From contig OX597821.1 in the NCBI GenBank assembly GCA_951406725.2, forward strand, positions 27,094,001 through 27,158,000: a DNA stretch of 64,000 nucleotides, read 5' to 3'. Positions 13,548 to 27,252 of the stretch are shown one piece after another. The notes under the pieces are model-generated. The model did not search any database. It was not told the DNA's origin and saw only the letters and a program-made list of their open reading frames with translations. Source of the stretch: Octopus vulgaris. Lineage: Eukaryota. Within the stretch, counting starts at the first letter, position 1, and every line of letters begins with the position of its first letter. The position numbers and the translations under genes are program-made.

Positions 13548-14106
13548 TATACGACAGGCTTATTTCAGTATCCGTCCACCATTTGCACTCGCAAGAATTT
13601 TCGTTGGCCCGAGGCTATATTAGAAGACAATTTCTCCTTTATTATTACTGTTATTATTAATCAATGAGGGATATTGTGTTTTCTTTAACTCTTAGATATT
13701 CCTAGCTAGCATTTATGTGTTATCTGCAATAAGTATCTAAGCACCAAATTAACTCGATCACACTTCTACGCTTAGAGATATCATCTTTCACTGAATTCAG
13801 AATAGTCTAATGTATAATGCAGTTGTTGCTTAGTTGATATTTAATTTTTTTCTGTCTCAATTGGTGAAGATTAACGCCGTTAGTTACATGTTTCCTTACT
13901 CACTAATTCGATGGCTTTCTAACGGTGAGATTGAAGGAGTCACTACGAATGCGTGTATGACAATGATTAAATGACTTAATTGGGATTTTTCATTTTTTAT
14001 ACACTTTCAGAAATTTGGCAAGTATATTCTTCCGCTGTGTTGCCAAAGGTGATATAGATACCGTGAAGGGAACCCAACATCTTTCTTATAACCCATTACA
14101 GCCATT

Positions 14107-14211
<105 letters not shown>

Positions 14212-15464
14212 GAATGAGAAGAGGATATGGTGATGATGATGAAGAAGAAGAGGGAGAACAGAATATCTCCCAGTGTTTAACTAGTTCTTTATTCTCTCGT
14301 CCCTATGAAGGATGAGTCAGATGACCTCAGTGGTAATTTGAACTCAGTGCACAAAAGCCCGAACAGATAGCTGAAAGTGTTATTCTGAGTTCTACCGATT
14401 CCTGCCGCTCTACTATTAGGGACTAATCAATCAATGTATTCTTCCTATTGAAAGATGATTTGACTGAAGATTAAATGGCATTTCTGACAGATCGAACGAC
14501 AACGTAGGAGTTCTCTTTGTTTACTGCCAGTCACAGTCGGCTCTTTCAACGTTTTGCTTCAGCCATTCACATATAGTCATTGAAAACAAATTTCACGATT
14601 TAAAATAAATCTGAACTAGGCGTTTGTTATTGTGTGAAACTATTCTGCGAATTATATTTAAAAAATAGTTTCTTGTATAGGAAACGAGATGCTGAAATAT
14701 TTAAAATACACATTCATTTATAACCGTCAACATCTTGTTGCTACATGCGTAGATACGTATTCTAAATTTACATTACTTTTTTTTTCTCTGTAATATTAGT
14801 AAATGTTCAAGCCATGCGCATGACCCAGTGATAACATCAAATAATTTTCTTAGCAAAATAAACCAATATTACGAACGAAATTTATGCTAAGTCTACGTAA
14901 GTTGAATTTAATTTCACGCTTTTGTACATATACATAAAAGACGATTTTTCAGTTAAAAACCTCTAAGCAAACATGATATTATCAAAAAATATTTTCTTGA
15001 AATTCTGTAGTGTCAAATCATCTCCTATGTTAGTTGAATATAATGTAGACTGTTAATGCCTATAGAATATCAATATTATGTGTTAGATATATAGATGAAT
15101 TAGATCAAATAGATTTTCATTCTGATAGAATATAAATTAAGGTATTGTATGCTGAATACGTCTGTATAAACTGTTCTATAATTTGATTATGTCTATCATA
15201 TGTATACGAATATAGGTAAAGGAATGAGAGTAATATGTATATCACTATATTATTATATCAATTTTGAATTAGCAGGTATATGAACGCACACGCACTCACA
15301 CAAACTCACACATGCATATGCACACATACAGTGGTTGTTTACATCAAGTATGACCACCTTCGTGTATACTTCCATTTTATATAAAGATGAATTTTCTTCT
15401 TGTCATGAATGCCTACCTACCTACCTACCTACCTACCTACCTATGTATTATCTATCTAACTATC

Positions 15465-15537
<73 letters not shown>

Positions 15538-15892
15538 CCTATCCATCCATCTACCAGTTTAATAAGAACCATTCTGTATCACTAAAAACTTCACTAAAGA
15601 GCACGCAAAACCTAACATTATTTTCGCCCTTGTTAAGTTTTTCATGCGTCATCACAAGCACGTACATTTCAGAAAGGATCGAATGTTAGAATACCACCTC
15701 ACTCATTGCAAAAGAAGACCTTTTGTTGTGGCTCCAACAAGTTTGATTTTTGATCGACGCTGGAGAAAGGAAAATACCAACGCCTCAAATTTTATAAGAA
15801 AAGACGCCTACGAAACACAAATGGGAATATCTCATTAATAAATGCCGTAAAGATAGTGAAACAAAAATACATATACACACTAAGCGCGCACA

Positions 15893-15934
<42 letters not shown>

Positions 15935-16159
15935 AGAAAGTTATTCGATAGTCCTTCCTTGTCAGGGGTTACTATGTCCCTGACCTGCTTTAATTTTCCT
16001 CACATACGACTTCCAAAGATCATTTCACCGCAAAGTAGGCTTAGTGTGTTTGTGAAATTTTTTGCTGGCGTCCCAATTATGTACATGTTTTATTGATATA
16101 TATTGTTAAATTATGAGGCCCCTGTTACCAGAAGATTTATTACACACACACACAGACAC

Positions 16160-16225
<66 letters not shown>

Positions 16226-17074
16226 TACACACACATAACGCTTGTATGCATACATACACACATTCGCACACACACACGTACGTCATATATACATATATAC
16301 ATTATACACACACACATATATATGTTTATGAGTGCGTGAGTGTGTATTTGCATATGCATATGTATGAATACACATATGTGTGATGTGTGTTTGTGTCTAA
16401 CAGCAACGTGTGTTTGCATATACGTGTTCGTGTTCAAACGAAATAATTATGCCCTCCGTACACGACCTTATTGATTTATATTTAATGATTCCTTCAATTT
16501 TTACTAAGAGTATCAAACAATGAAATATATGCATGATGCTTCAGACAATGTCTTGCGAATGATGTTGTATTGTGGCGTTCACTTTTCGCACTAGTGGGGT
16601 TAATTCTTCTTCAAATCGTAAATAGATTTCAATAATGCGATAGATAAAAAAGATCGCCAGGTTAACAGTTATTTCAGAGAGTCTCTTAAGTCCCTCATTT
16701 ATCAAGGGTGGCTGCTCTATCCTACTGTATCAGGTATAACGTATTCAAACATCTAGGAATAAAAGCAATATTTTTCAATTTCAATTTCAAGTTAGAATCT
16801 TATGCTTAGTGATACACCTGGCACCTTCTATACCTTCAGTTAAGCAAAACAGAAAGTTATACACACACACACACACATGTTTTAAATAACAATTTATAGT
16901 TTTCTTGGATAAAAGATTACATACTGGGTAATATAATGACAATATACGCAGTAATTGACTGATTCTGTCTTTTTGTTGAAATCGTTTGAATAGTTCAGTA
17001 TGATGAACCACTTTAAAGCGAAGTAGTATTCACAACAGAATTGGACAAATAGTTGTTGTGTATTAAGTGAAGTA

Positions 17075-17360
17075 AATGTTGTTTGTTCCTTCTCGAGCCA
17101 TGCCTGACGTTTCTTTGGCGTATAGGTTCCCCACCTGGACGGGACGCGGTCCGTCACAGGTGAGCTGCAAGATGCAGGAGGAAAGAGTGAGAGAAAGTTG
17201 TGGCGGAAGAGTCAGCAGAAGTTCGCCATTACCTTCTGCCGAAGTCGCGTGGAACTTAGGCGTTTCGCTCATAAACACACATGGCCCGGTGTGAGATTCG
17301 AACCGGCGATCCCTCGACCGCGAGTCCGCTGCTCTAACCACTAAGCCCTGTGCCTCCACA
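17075..17360 (-). mobile_element. Family C tRNA-derived SINE
   Basis: Minus head tggaggcacagggcttagtggttagagcagcggactcgcggtcgagggatcgccggttcgaatctc (clear A and B boxes). Related to 36405-36758. Confidence 0.8.
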
Positions 17361-18169
17361 GTGAAGTAAATGCCAATTTGACAAGTTATATATCTAAATA
17401 TTTGCTCTTTTCTCTTCATTTATGTTTTAGAATTTTTGCATATGCTGGTAATATCATTCTTTAAGCGAAGTTAACACTAAACCAGATACATATGTATACG
17501 ATTTTGGTAGAATGTATTGATATTAGTAACACAGTTAATGCAATAGAAGTAACTAGATTTTATGATAATTCTAATCTACGGAGAAACATAAAGATATGAA
17601 ACTGTGATACGGAAACGAGGATATGAAATTTTCGTTTATATAATTTTATGTTAAATTTATCTGTCTTACTCTTTAACCTCTGTTTCATTCATCATTTAAA
17701 AGTGTGTAATACTACGATGTAGTGAGAGCGTAAATATACATTCCCCAATGTTAATATCAACACTTTTCAAAAATTGTTGTAGAATATTTGTAATTGCTAT
17801 TGATAAAATGTAATTACCGTGTTTTCTAGAAGGCATGTAAATTCTAAATAGTATCCAGAAAGTTAACAATATCAAGATAATCCTTAACCCTGATATTCAG
17901 ATATAAGGTCTTACATATATTTTGAGATACTTCTTATACATATATCTCATTTGTCTTGCTATTGTTTCAGTCACGATGTTTTATATACGAGGTGTCAAAT
18001 GTAAACAAGCAACGAGATCGAAGACGAAAAATGGGTAATGGGCGTATATGCCATATTTCAGTGGGGTTTGTCCCTTCATCTGCATCTAACCCTGTAATCA
18101 TCGTCGAACACATTGCTTAAATAGCCAATACATACATGCATACAAACATACATGCATACATATATATTC

Positions 18170-18338
18170 TATATTTTCTTTATTTTCTCTCCTTGTTTAT
18201 TTCTGTGTTCCTTTCTTGTGGATGAGAGTAGGCTCGAAATGCTAAAGACTTTTTCACTTCCCGAGCGTTATACTAATACATCTGTTTGTTGTCTACACCT
18301 CCTGTCTTCGTCTTTTGTTTTTTTTTTGTGAATCTCCC

Positions 18339-18340
<2 letters not shown>
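18170..18340 (+). mobile_element. Probable Penelope-like pLTR fragment with hammerhead-like motif, flanked by (TA)n
   Basis: Homologous to 6200-6370 and to the reverse complement of 22467-22630. Confidence 0.5.
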
Positions 18341-18416
<76 letters not shown>

Positions 18417-18893
18417 AGTATATATATATAAATTCTTATATCCAATAACTATACACTATAGGTGTATAATTACCGGATGTATAAATTTTACATATTAAAA
18501 ACATTCTGGACGAGGGTAATTAAGTACTTGCAGGTACGCTTATTTCGTTATGCAACCTTACCATATTATAAAGTATATTAAACGCTTTTAAAGGCAATAC
18601 CGCGTTCTAATGCGTCGGCACTGCGCTCTCGCATTACTTCTTAAGGATATCTCTACAGATATTCTATATAAAATTATAACCAGCAATGATGTTTGTTACG
18701 ATGTTTCGTATACCAAAGGCAGACTATGTTGTTCAAAATTCTGGTATCAGCATTTCCAAAAGTCTGGTTGTTCCTACACGATCCTTCTCTACTGAAAATA
18801 AATTATCGCCGAGATTAATCTCGAAATCGACAGAGAGATGAATTATATATGTGCGTGTGTGTGAATATGTGTATGCAAGTATGTGTGTGTGTG

Positions 18894-18940
<47 letters not shown>

Positions 18941-19086
18941 GTGTGTGTGTATGTTTGTCTGTATAACGTTATAACGCCCAGTTGAAGAGAGGTTATGTGT
19001 CTTGCCAGCGACCTATAACTCTATAAACTTTATGGTTTCAAAACGAATGGTCCCTCTCTAACCGGTCATAAATAACAACCTTTTGG

Positions 19087-19151
<65 letters not shown>

Positions 19152-19225
19152 ACACACACCTATATATATGTATATATGTGTATGTATGTATGTATCTCTC
19201 TCTCTCTATCTATCTATCTATATCC

Positions 19226-19265
<40 letters not shown>

Positions 19266-19377
19266 CATGTTATACATCTACTATATAACTAGCACACACG
19301 AAAGAAAAAGAATTCCACACACATGACGAAACATACACTTGTATATATAATCGCGATATAATATATACGAGGTGTTT

Positions 19378-19437
<60 letters not shown>

Positions 19438-21215
19438 CGTATGGAGGTGTATATCTTGAATATCTAACGATATAATTTTACTGTCTATAAAGATATAAAG
19501 GAACATATAACAATAAACGAGACAGTTTAAAACAATTTTTTCAGTAAACAAGGAATGGAACTACATTTGTGAAACGAATCAATAAGTACAAGGCACCACA
19601 CTTCCATAAATGGTACTTCTCAAAGAATTATGATTCTTTGGAAAACAATAACGCTCTTATCCGTACATACACAAGAAAATGAGTAAAAACAATGGAAGAA
19701 AATAAAATAAATTGAACAAATACATGGCTTCTAACTATTTTGGCAGAAAACTTCAAGGAATTTACTTGTAGATGCCAAGAAATCGATAAGTTCGTTGCAT
19801 TACTTCATGAAATATAGATAGGAATGTCTTCAGTGGTACAATAATGGTGTAAATGAAATATATATATATATATATAGGTTAGCCGGATCATAGTTTTACT
19901 CTCCTTGTAGCCTGCAATATTTTTGAAAATTTATGGTAATCATAATTGATTCGTAGTGCCCAAATTTTTGCGCTACCAATACCTGGAATGTAGATCTGGT
20001 ATTGCTGCTAGATATGTATAAAAATTGAAACACCATGTTCCTTCAACCTCTTCTCCTCATCATCATCAACATTCATTATCATCGTCATGATTAACGGAGT
20101 ATCAATCCTCATTATAGAGGATTGATACCGTTACTGTTACCACAGCCGCCGTCGCCACCACAGGAATATCGTCCTCTTTTTGTTCTCTACTTCCTTCGCC
20201 TCTTCTTATTGTTCTCATCCTCCTCCACCACTTCCTTCTACTTCACCTTTTCCTTTCTCTCTTTCTTTCTCTACCTCTTTCTTTTGTATTACTACCACTC
20301 CTCATTCTCCCTGTTCTCAGTTGCACTTTCTCCTCGTGCGTTATCGCATTCATCATTTCTCTCGCTTGGTCCCATTTCGCATGCCCGATCTATCTATCGT
20401 GTCTGCCTATCTGACTCTATGTACATACAAGCAAACACACTTACACACCCACACACGCAGAGAAAACACACACATAAGCACGCGCACACACACACGCACA
20501 CACATACACACACACACATAACATCGCTCTCCATTCGTTAGTATCTTTTCCCGAAGTATAATTGCTTGTCAAAAGTAGTCGAAGCTTTGTGTTCTTGAAA
20601 TATTGGATACGAATTCCCTCTCAAGTAGAGATGTATGTCTTCTAAGTGCGAAATAAACACAATTATTGATGTTGGAGTTTAGCCCTTGGTCAATTTTCAT
20701 TGACAGCATACATGATCAAAAACGTAAAGTATAAACACCCGGCGATGCATATACACGAATTACCTAATTTTCTATCTTCAATCGCATTATTTACAGAGAC
20801 GTATTCGTATACCAAAGTACATAATTTTCAGAGCTGGCTCGGTATTCTGTGGAAAATCTGTAAAGATAAATTTTAAAATGCGAACACCTCATTGCTAACA
20901 CAGAAGTAAGGCATAATATTGACTCATAAAACCTTATACTTGGAGATACATTAAGGTAGCAAAACCAAACACTGTATTCTTGCTAGCAATTAATATATAT
21001 TTATATAATCCTTTCTACCAAAGGAACAAGGCCTGAGATTTTTCGGAAGTGAGGTTTACCTATTACATCAGTAGTACTTATTTTATCGACAGAAAGCATA
21101 AAAGCTAAAGCCGAAATCGGTGAAATTTAATCTCAAAATGTAAAATGGGAAGTAATGTCTGTAAACATTTTATATAATGTGCTAACGATTCTGCCACCTC
21201 GACGGCTTATGTATA

Positions 21216-21533
21216 AGTGGCATTCCGTTAGCTACGATGACGATGGTTCCAGCTGATCCGTTCAACGGAACAGCCTGCTCGTGAAATTAAAAGGCAAGTA
21301 ACTGAGCACTTCACAGACACGTGACCGTTAATGTAGCTGTCAAGAGATTCAGCGTGACACACAATATGACAAGAGTGGACTTCTCAAATAGAGGTACTAC
21401 TCATTTTTGCCAGCTGAGTGAACTGGAGTGAAATAATGTGTCTTGCTCAAGGACAGAACGAGTCGTCGGGAATTGAACTCACGTCCTTACGATCGTGATC
21501 GAATACCCTTAACCACTAAGCCACGCGCCTTCA
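21216..21533 (-). mobile_element. Family C-related tRNA-SINE
   Basis: Minus head gaaggcgcgtggcttagtggttaaggg...gagttcaattccc. Shares aacggaacagcctgctcgtgaaattaa with ~36456. Confidence 0.75.
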
Positions 21534-22374
21534 CTTTGTCTATAAATATAATATATTAAACTACATATATAAATCACACATAGACGCATAGAGAAACACA
21601 AATACTCACAGGCAATATTGCATTTTCTCTTTTCTGCAACTGTGTTTTGAAATATAATAATTATTTTTAGGATGTCATATCAGCTCTGCAATACCGCAGT
21701 GAGTTTGGTATGATGACACAGTTAAATCAACCTCTTGGTAATCACATACTTCTGAAAATGATCAAACTTGGCGGCATCTTGATTAACGTCCTTTTATCCT
21801 AGTCCCGAAGCAATCTCCATCTCGAAAGTGAAATTAGACAGACGGATGTGTACAACTATATATTTAAATACGGCGAAGAAAATTACATTCTTTTTTCAGT
21901 AATACATTAAATAAAATAGTTAAAGAAAATGTGCCAAATGTTAAGCCAAATGTTACAAGCGCAGCATATTTTCAGTAGAGAGAAATAAATTTTTTAAGCA
22001 CGGCGACGCTTCGCATTCCTAGTTTCAGCTTACGCTGATGAACGCAATGGGGTTGGCCAAAATTAAGAACATAATAATGTTTGCATATGAATTTTCTCAT
22101 TGAATTAACATTTTAAGATTAATTGATTTGACAATCATTCGCTGAATGTAGGATTTGCCAATTAAATATATTTTGCAACACTTACATTTGTTTTTCGTTA
22201 TATATACCTGTATGTATATGTAAATTCCATACATGAGACCCCAATATTCTCCGTATAGAATACATTTTATAGTGCTCAAGACATTTAAAATTAAGCTGGT
22301 ATAGAGGTAAATAAGGGTTTAGCGAAATAGACAGATCACTATATAAATTGTTTTAAATACATGAAATACAAAAA

Positions 22375-22422
<48 letters not shown>

Positions 22423-22466
22423 GGGGGGGGTATGTGTGTGTATGTGTGTGTGTACGTGTGTGTGTA

Positions 22467-22670
22467 TAGGGAGAGATTACGAAAAAAAACAAAAGACGAA
22501 GACAAGTGGTGTTACAAAACAAACAGATGTATTAGTATAACGCTCAGGAATAGAAACAGTCTTTTACGTTTCGAGCCTACGCTCTTCTACAGAAAGGGAC
22601 ACAGAAAAAAACAAGGAGAGAAACAAAGAGAGAAAAAATTTTATTGTGGCTAACGATCTATAACGGTCCA
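22467..22670 (-). mobile_element. Probable Penelope-like pLTR fragment with hammerhead-like motif
   Basis: Minus strand ccttt-CTGTAGAA-gag cgtagg ctc-GAAA-cg-TA-aaag. Third copy of this family. Confidence 0.55.
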
Positions 22671-22878
22671 TCATAGACATATTAGAAACAATATAGAGAT
22701 TTAAAGGAGTGGAGGGGAAGTATTACAAATTCAACCGCAATTTCTATGGGTTCGGCGGTTCATAATAATGTTTTGTAGATTGATTCCATTATAGGATGAC
22801 ACGAGCGTCCATCATCAGGGAAGATATCTTACATTTGAGATGTTGAAGGAGATAAGTTCAAACATAATTGTATGTATG

Positions 22879-22920
<42 letters not shown>

Positions 22921-24026
22921 ATATATTTATTGATAAAAACGGTAAGATGACAAAAGATATATATATATATATATATATACTGTCAAAAAAGAGACTGTTA
23001 TATCCTCGTCACTGATTTTTAAATATCTGAATATCAACTGACGTTACCAATTTATATATTGAGAGAAAATTCCTCAATATATATGGATAAAATGTCCAAT
23101 ATAGTATTCAGCAGATATATATAAGAAAATAGAGACAAATATTATGGATATTTATTTAATTTTATATGTATCATGATGAATATATATCAAATATTGTTTT
23201 ACAAATAAAATTTAAAGTAACAGAACCAACATCAGAAATAACCAAAAAAGATGTCTACATATGTTTTAATCCGGCTACAAGGTGAACAATTGCTTCGGAT
23301 CATCATGATTCGAACCATGTCAGACGTACAAGAGCCCCATAATATGTCCGGATTTCTAACATATTAGTGGTAAATAACGAGGAAGATTGATGAGGACCTT
23401 ATTTCGAATATTCAAATAACGGAAACAATATTTATTAAGAATGGTAGGACGCGGGGGTAGTGGGGGATGTATTATTGAATGAAATCTTACTATAATACTA
23501 TGATGTATTTGAAAAAATTTACTACTATTGGTGTTAAGGGACATAAAGTAGTCATTTAAGTAGAATAATGGGAATTAACATAATTAATTTGGGAAATAAG
23601 ATATAAAGTATAAAATATCAAGAAATAGAAGTTTGTTATAATATTTAAAAGTTGTAATTAAGTGAGAAAACTAATTGTATATTGTATAGTAAAATAGTAA
23701 TTAAGAACGTATATCGTATGAAAGTTACTATAATTAATATTAATATTTAGCATTTCAATAGACTAAGAGATACATCCCATTATTCACGGAAAAAGTATTG
23801 GATATATAAAAATTATAGTGTACTTCTAAGAATAATTAAAACATTTTTGATAAAAATTATAAGGTACGATGTAGTTTTACAACACTCGGTACTTATTTCT
23901 AAGGTATAATTGTAATTAGGAATAGCAAGTAATCTCCTTTTGTTCATGCGCCTAAATTATTTCTAAGGATATTATTATGATGAAAATTATCATTTGTTTT
24001 ACTAGAAAAGTATATCTGTAAAATTT

Positions 24027-24069
<43 letters not shown>

Positions 24070-24110
24070 TATAAATATATATATAAATATATATACATAT
24101 GTATATATAT

Positions 24111-24168
<58 letters not shown>

Positions 24169-24293
24169 ATATATATATAAGTTCAGCAAAAATTTAGATT
24201 CAAATGAATATGGTACTTAATTTAGATGCACTAGAATTCTGTATGGTGTTATCCATAAAAATCCATGGGGTGATTATAATTAAAATAAGCAAT

Positions 24294-24581
24294 AAGAATG
24301 ACTCCGGTAATTTGGTACGGTAGTTTCGTACTACATCATTTTTTAAAATATTGTACGTATTACAACAGTTTTAAAATGCTGAGCACTCATCCGCCAATTA
24401 TAGAGGTTTTCCATTAATCCAAAAATGTTCATATCAATTGGCAACATTATAGAGAAGGTAGATATATAAACTAAGATGTGGATTTAAATTTTAAGAACGT
24501 TTGAGGTAGTGAAGCCCATCAACTGACTGACTAAGATTCAGTTGTTCCAGGCTGATATGAAAATTATTGTATTAATAATTG

Positions 24582-24623
<42 letters not shown>

Positions 24624-25300
24624 CAAAATAATCAAAACAAGAATGACTCCGGTAATTTGGTACGATCGCAACGTACTACATTATTTTATTAAATGTTGTA
24701 AGTATTGCAACAGTTTTAAAATGCTGAGCACTCATCAGCCAATTTTGGAGTGTGAAATTGTACAGGCAGAAAAACTTTAATCCATAATATTTAAAATATT
24801 CACTTTTGATGCGATAAGGCTTAATTTTTCAGAGACGTAAACACGCATTTGTTGCCCCTTCCCCTATATTTATTGGCCTTAGCAATAGTACACCAGGTTA
24901 TCTTGAGATTTCTCATGCCTCTCTCTTTCAGTGTCCATACCATATTGTATACAGATGTTGTGTTATTTTTCTTTTTGCTTCTGAATGTAGCCAAATGATG
25001 AGTAAATCTTTCATTGAAGGTATTTTCCGTCATTCCGATATATGTCTTTTATACTCCCTTCATATCCGTGATATTGGCCTTGTTCACTCGTTCTTTCTCC
25101 AATGCCTGTTGTTCAGGAGACAGATGTCCGGGGAACTACATTTATATGGTCGTTGGGGTGTATTCGTAATATTGTTATTGCTTTTGTGGTTGAATATAAT
25201 CGACCCTATATTAGGGAGGCCACTGTGGGTAACTGTAACTGATATGCATATCTGTTACTTTACTCCAAAATCTGACGTGATTTTATTGTTCTTATCCTAG
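24294..25300 (-). mobile_element. Penelope-like element remnant: GIY-YIG endonuclease fragment followed by two pLTR-like copies with hammerhead relics
   Basis: Minus translation KTYIGMTENTFNERFTHHLATFRSK..TTSVYNMVWTLKE..ITW.TIAKANKY..C matches the PLE GIY-YIG C-terminal pattern. Direct repeats at 24294-24399 and 24639-24744. Confidence 0.75.
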
Positions 25301-25594
25301 ATTCACAAGAACAACAACGTTCCATATGACAGACTTAATAATTGCTAAGAAATATCTCTCATACCATGAAAGTAATGGTAATCTGGTTAATCTACAAATA
25401 ACAAAATTATATGTATATATGTACATTTATAACGGTTATTGACAATTTTTGTCTTTTTTTCGGCATATTTAGCATTAGAACTTTTCTTCTGCCCTCATTT
25501 TGTAAATTATGTATAAATTTAACATTTAAAGGTATTTTTTGATATGCTGGCCATTGATAAAATTTTTTTTCCCGAAAAAAAAAAATCCTACAGT

Positions 25595-26008
25595 GGCGCA
25601 GGAGTGGCCGTGTGGTAAGTAGCTTGCTTACCAACCACATAGTTCCGGGTTCAGTCCCACTGCGTGGCACCTTGGCCTACTGTCTTCTATTATAGCCTCG
25701 TGCCGACCAAAGCCTTGTGAGTGGATTTGGTAGACGGAAACTGAAAGAAGCCCGTCGTATATATGTATATATATATATATGTGTGCGTGTGTGTTTGTGT
25801 GTCTGTGTTTGTCCCCCTAGCATTGCTTGACAACCGATGCTGGTGTGTTTATGCCCCCGTCACTTAGCGGCAAAAGAGACCGATAGAATAAGTACTGGGC
25901 TTACAAAGAATAATTCCCGGGGTCGAGTTGCTCGACTAAAGGCGGTGCTCCAGCATGGCCGCAGTCAAATGACTGAAACAAGTAAAAGAGTAAAAGAGAG
26001 AGTAAGAG
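25595..26008 (+). mobile_element. Family A tRNA-derived SINE, full length, with internal (TA)/(TG) microsatellite
   Basis: Head ggcgcaggagtggccgtgtggtaagtagcttgc..ccgggttcagtcccactgcg. Tail ggcggtgctccagcatggccgcagtcaaatgactgaaacaagtaaaagag. Confidence 0.88.
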
Positions 26009-26206
26009 TACACTAGTTATAAATTGAATAGTGTTCACTTCCGTATTCTCTCACTCTGTGAAAGTTTCTAGTTCGAATCACACGTGCCTCGAGATGTGCC
26101 GAAGATTTTCTATTTTGGATATATTTGGGGTACTTAGGTCTGCTCAGGACTTAGTGCTTGCTTTTTCCATGGGTATGAGTAAGTATTTCACTTATATCTC
26201 ACGTAT

Positions 26207-26267
26207 TTATCGCTGAAGAGGGGAACATTCTTTTGAATTAACCCCGAAATTGGGACCAATGCGGTAA
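26207..26267 (+). ncRNA. Type I hammerhead ribozyme relic (cleavage triplet mutated to AUG)
   Basis: ttatcg-CTGAAGA-gggg..cccc-GAAA-ttgg ga ccaa-TG-cggtaa. Paralogue of 40024-40084. Confidence 0.7.
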
Positions 26268-26678
26268 TAACGGATTTTTTAGAAATTTCTATCTGTTTGT
26301 TTCGAGACACAAATTATAATGGTTATTGACAAGTTTTGTCTTTTTTTCGGCATATTTGGCATTAGAATTTTTCTTCTGTCCTCATTTTGTAAATTATTTA
26401 TAAATTTAAACTTTAAAGGTATTTTTTGATATGCTGGCCATTGATGAATTTTTTTTTCTCGAAAAAAAAAATTATCGTACATTAGTTATGTACATTATAT
26501 TGTGTATATTATATGATATATATTATATATATACATTATACATACATTATATATTATATTTATGTATGTAAATGTATATATATATTGGAAAATGTGTGAG
26601 AATCTTGGTACATGTAATTTCATTTCTTTTTATCTAGTTTCAGCTCACGAGCTGTGGCCATGCTGGGGCACCGCCATT

Positions 26679-26786
26679 AAAAAATATGGAACGCTTCATA
26701 AATTTGCGTATCATCCTTGCGCAGGGGCCATACTAATCTTCTCTGAATCGTTCCAATTTTAGTATATTTATTGCCGAAGCAATGCA
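26679..26786 (-). pseudogene. U6: U6 snRNA retropseudogene (full length)
   Basis: Minus strand gcttcggca..atatactaaaattggaacgattcagagaagattagtatggcccctgcgcaaggatgatacgcaaatttatgaagcgttccatatttttt. The ACAGAGA box is changed to TCAGAGA and the AGC triad to AGT. Confidence 0.92.
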
Positions 26787-27001
26787 GTTAGGTATATTTG
26801 AAAAACCAAAAAAGAATGACTTCGGTCGTACTTGTAATAACTATGATTTACTATTTTAGAATATTTTATAATATAAATTTTACACTTTTGCTCGTAGGTC
26901 TAGTAAGTCCGTTGTTAACTTAGGTGGGAAGATTTAAATAACAATTCCTTGTTAACTTTTTGGTGAACTGTCTCGCATTCGTTGTCATGTATATAATATA
27001 A

Positions 27002-27058
<57 letters not shown>

Positions 27059-27184
27059 CATATAAAAATAGATAAATGGTACAAGACACCAATATTTACT
27101 GGAAAATAGCATTTATCTACTTTTATGTGTATAATTTTACCCTTATGGGCTATCTTTTACTGGAAAGTAATACATTCGTATTGC

Positions 27185-27252
<68 letters not shown>

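Noticed and set aside
17290-17360. tRNA genes at SINE heads (also ~36690-36758, ~49995-50063)
   Set aside because: A/B boxes are present, but they continue into SINE bodies and lack a proper acceptor stem.
23280-23335. Minus-strand ccGAAGcaattgTTcacc resembling the array hammerhead's stem III
   Set aside because: GAAA is mutated and there is no convincing CUGANGA or stem I. At best a dead relic.
26679-26786. Functional U6 gene
   Set aside because: The catalytic ACAGAGA and AGC motifs are mutated and it is fused to a retroposon tail.
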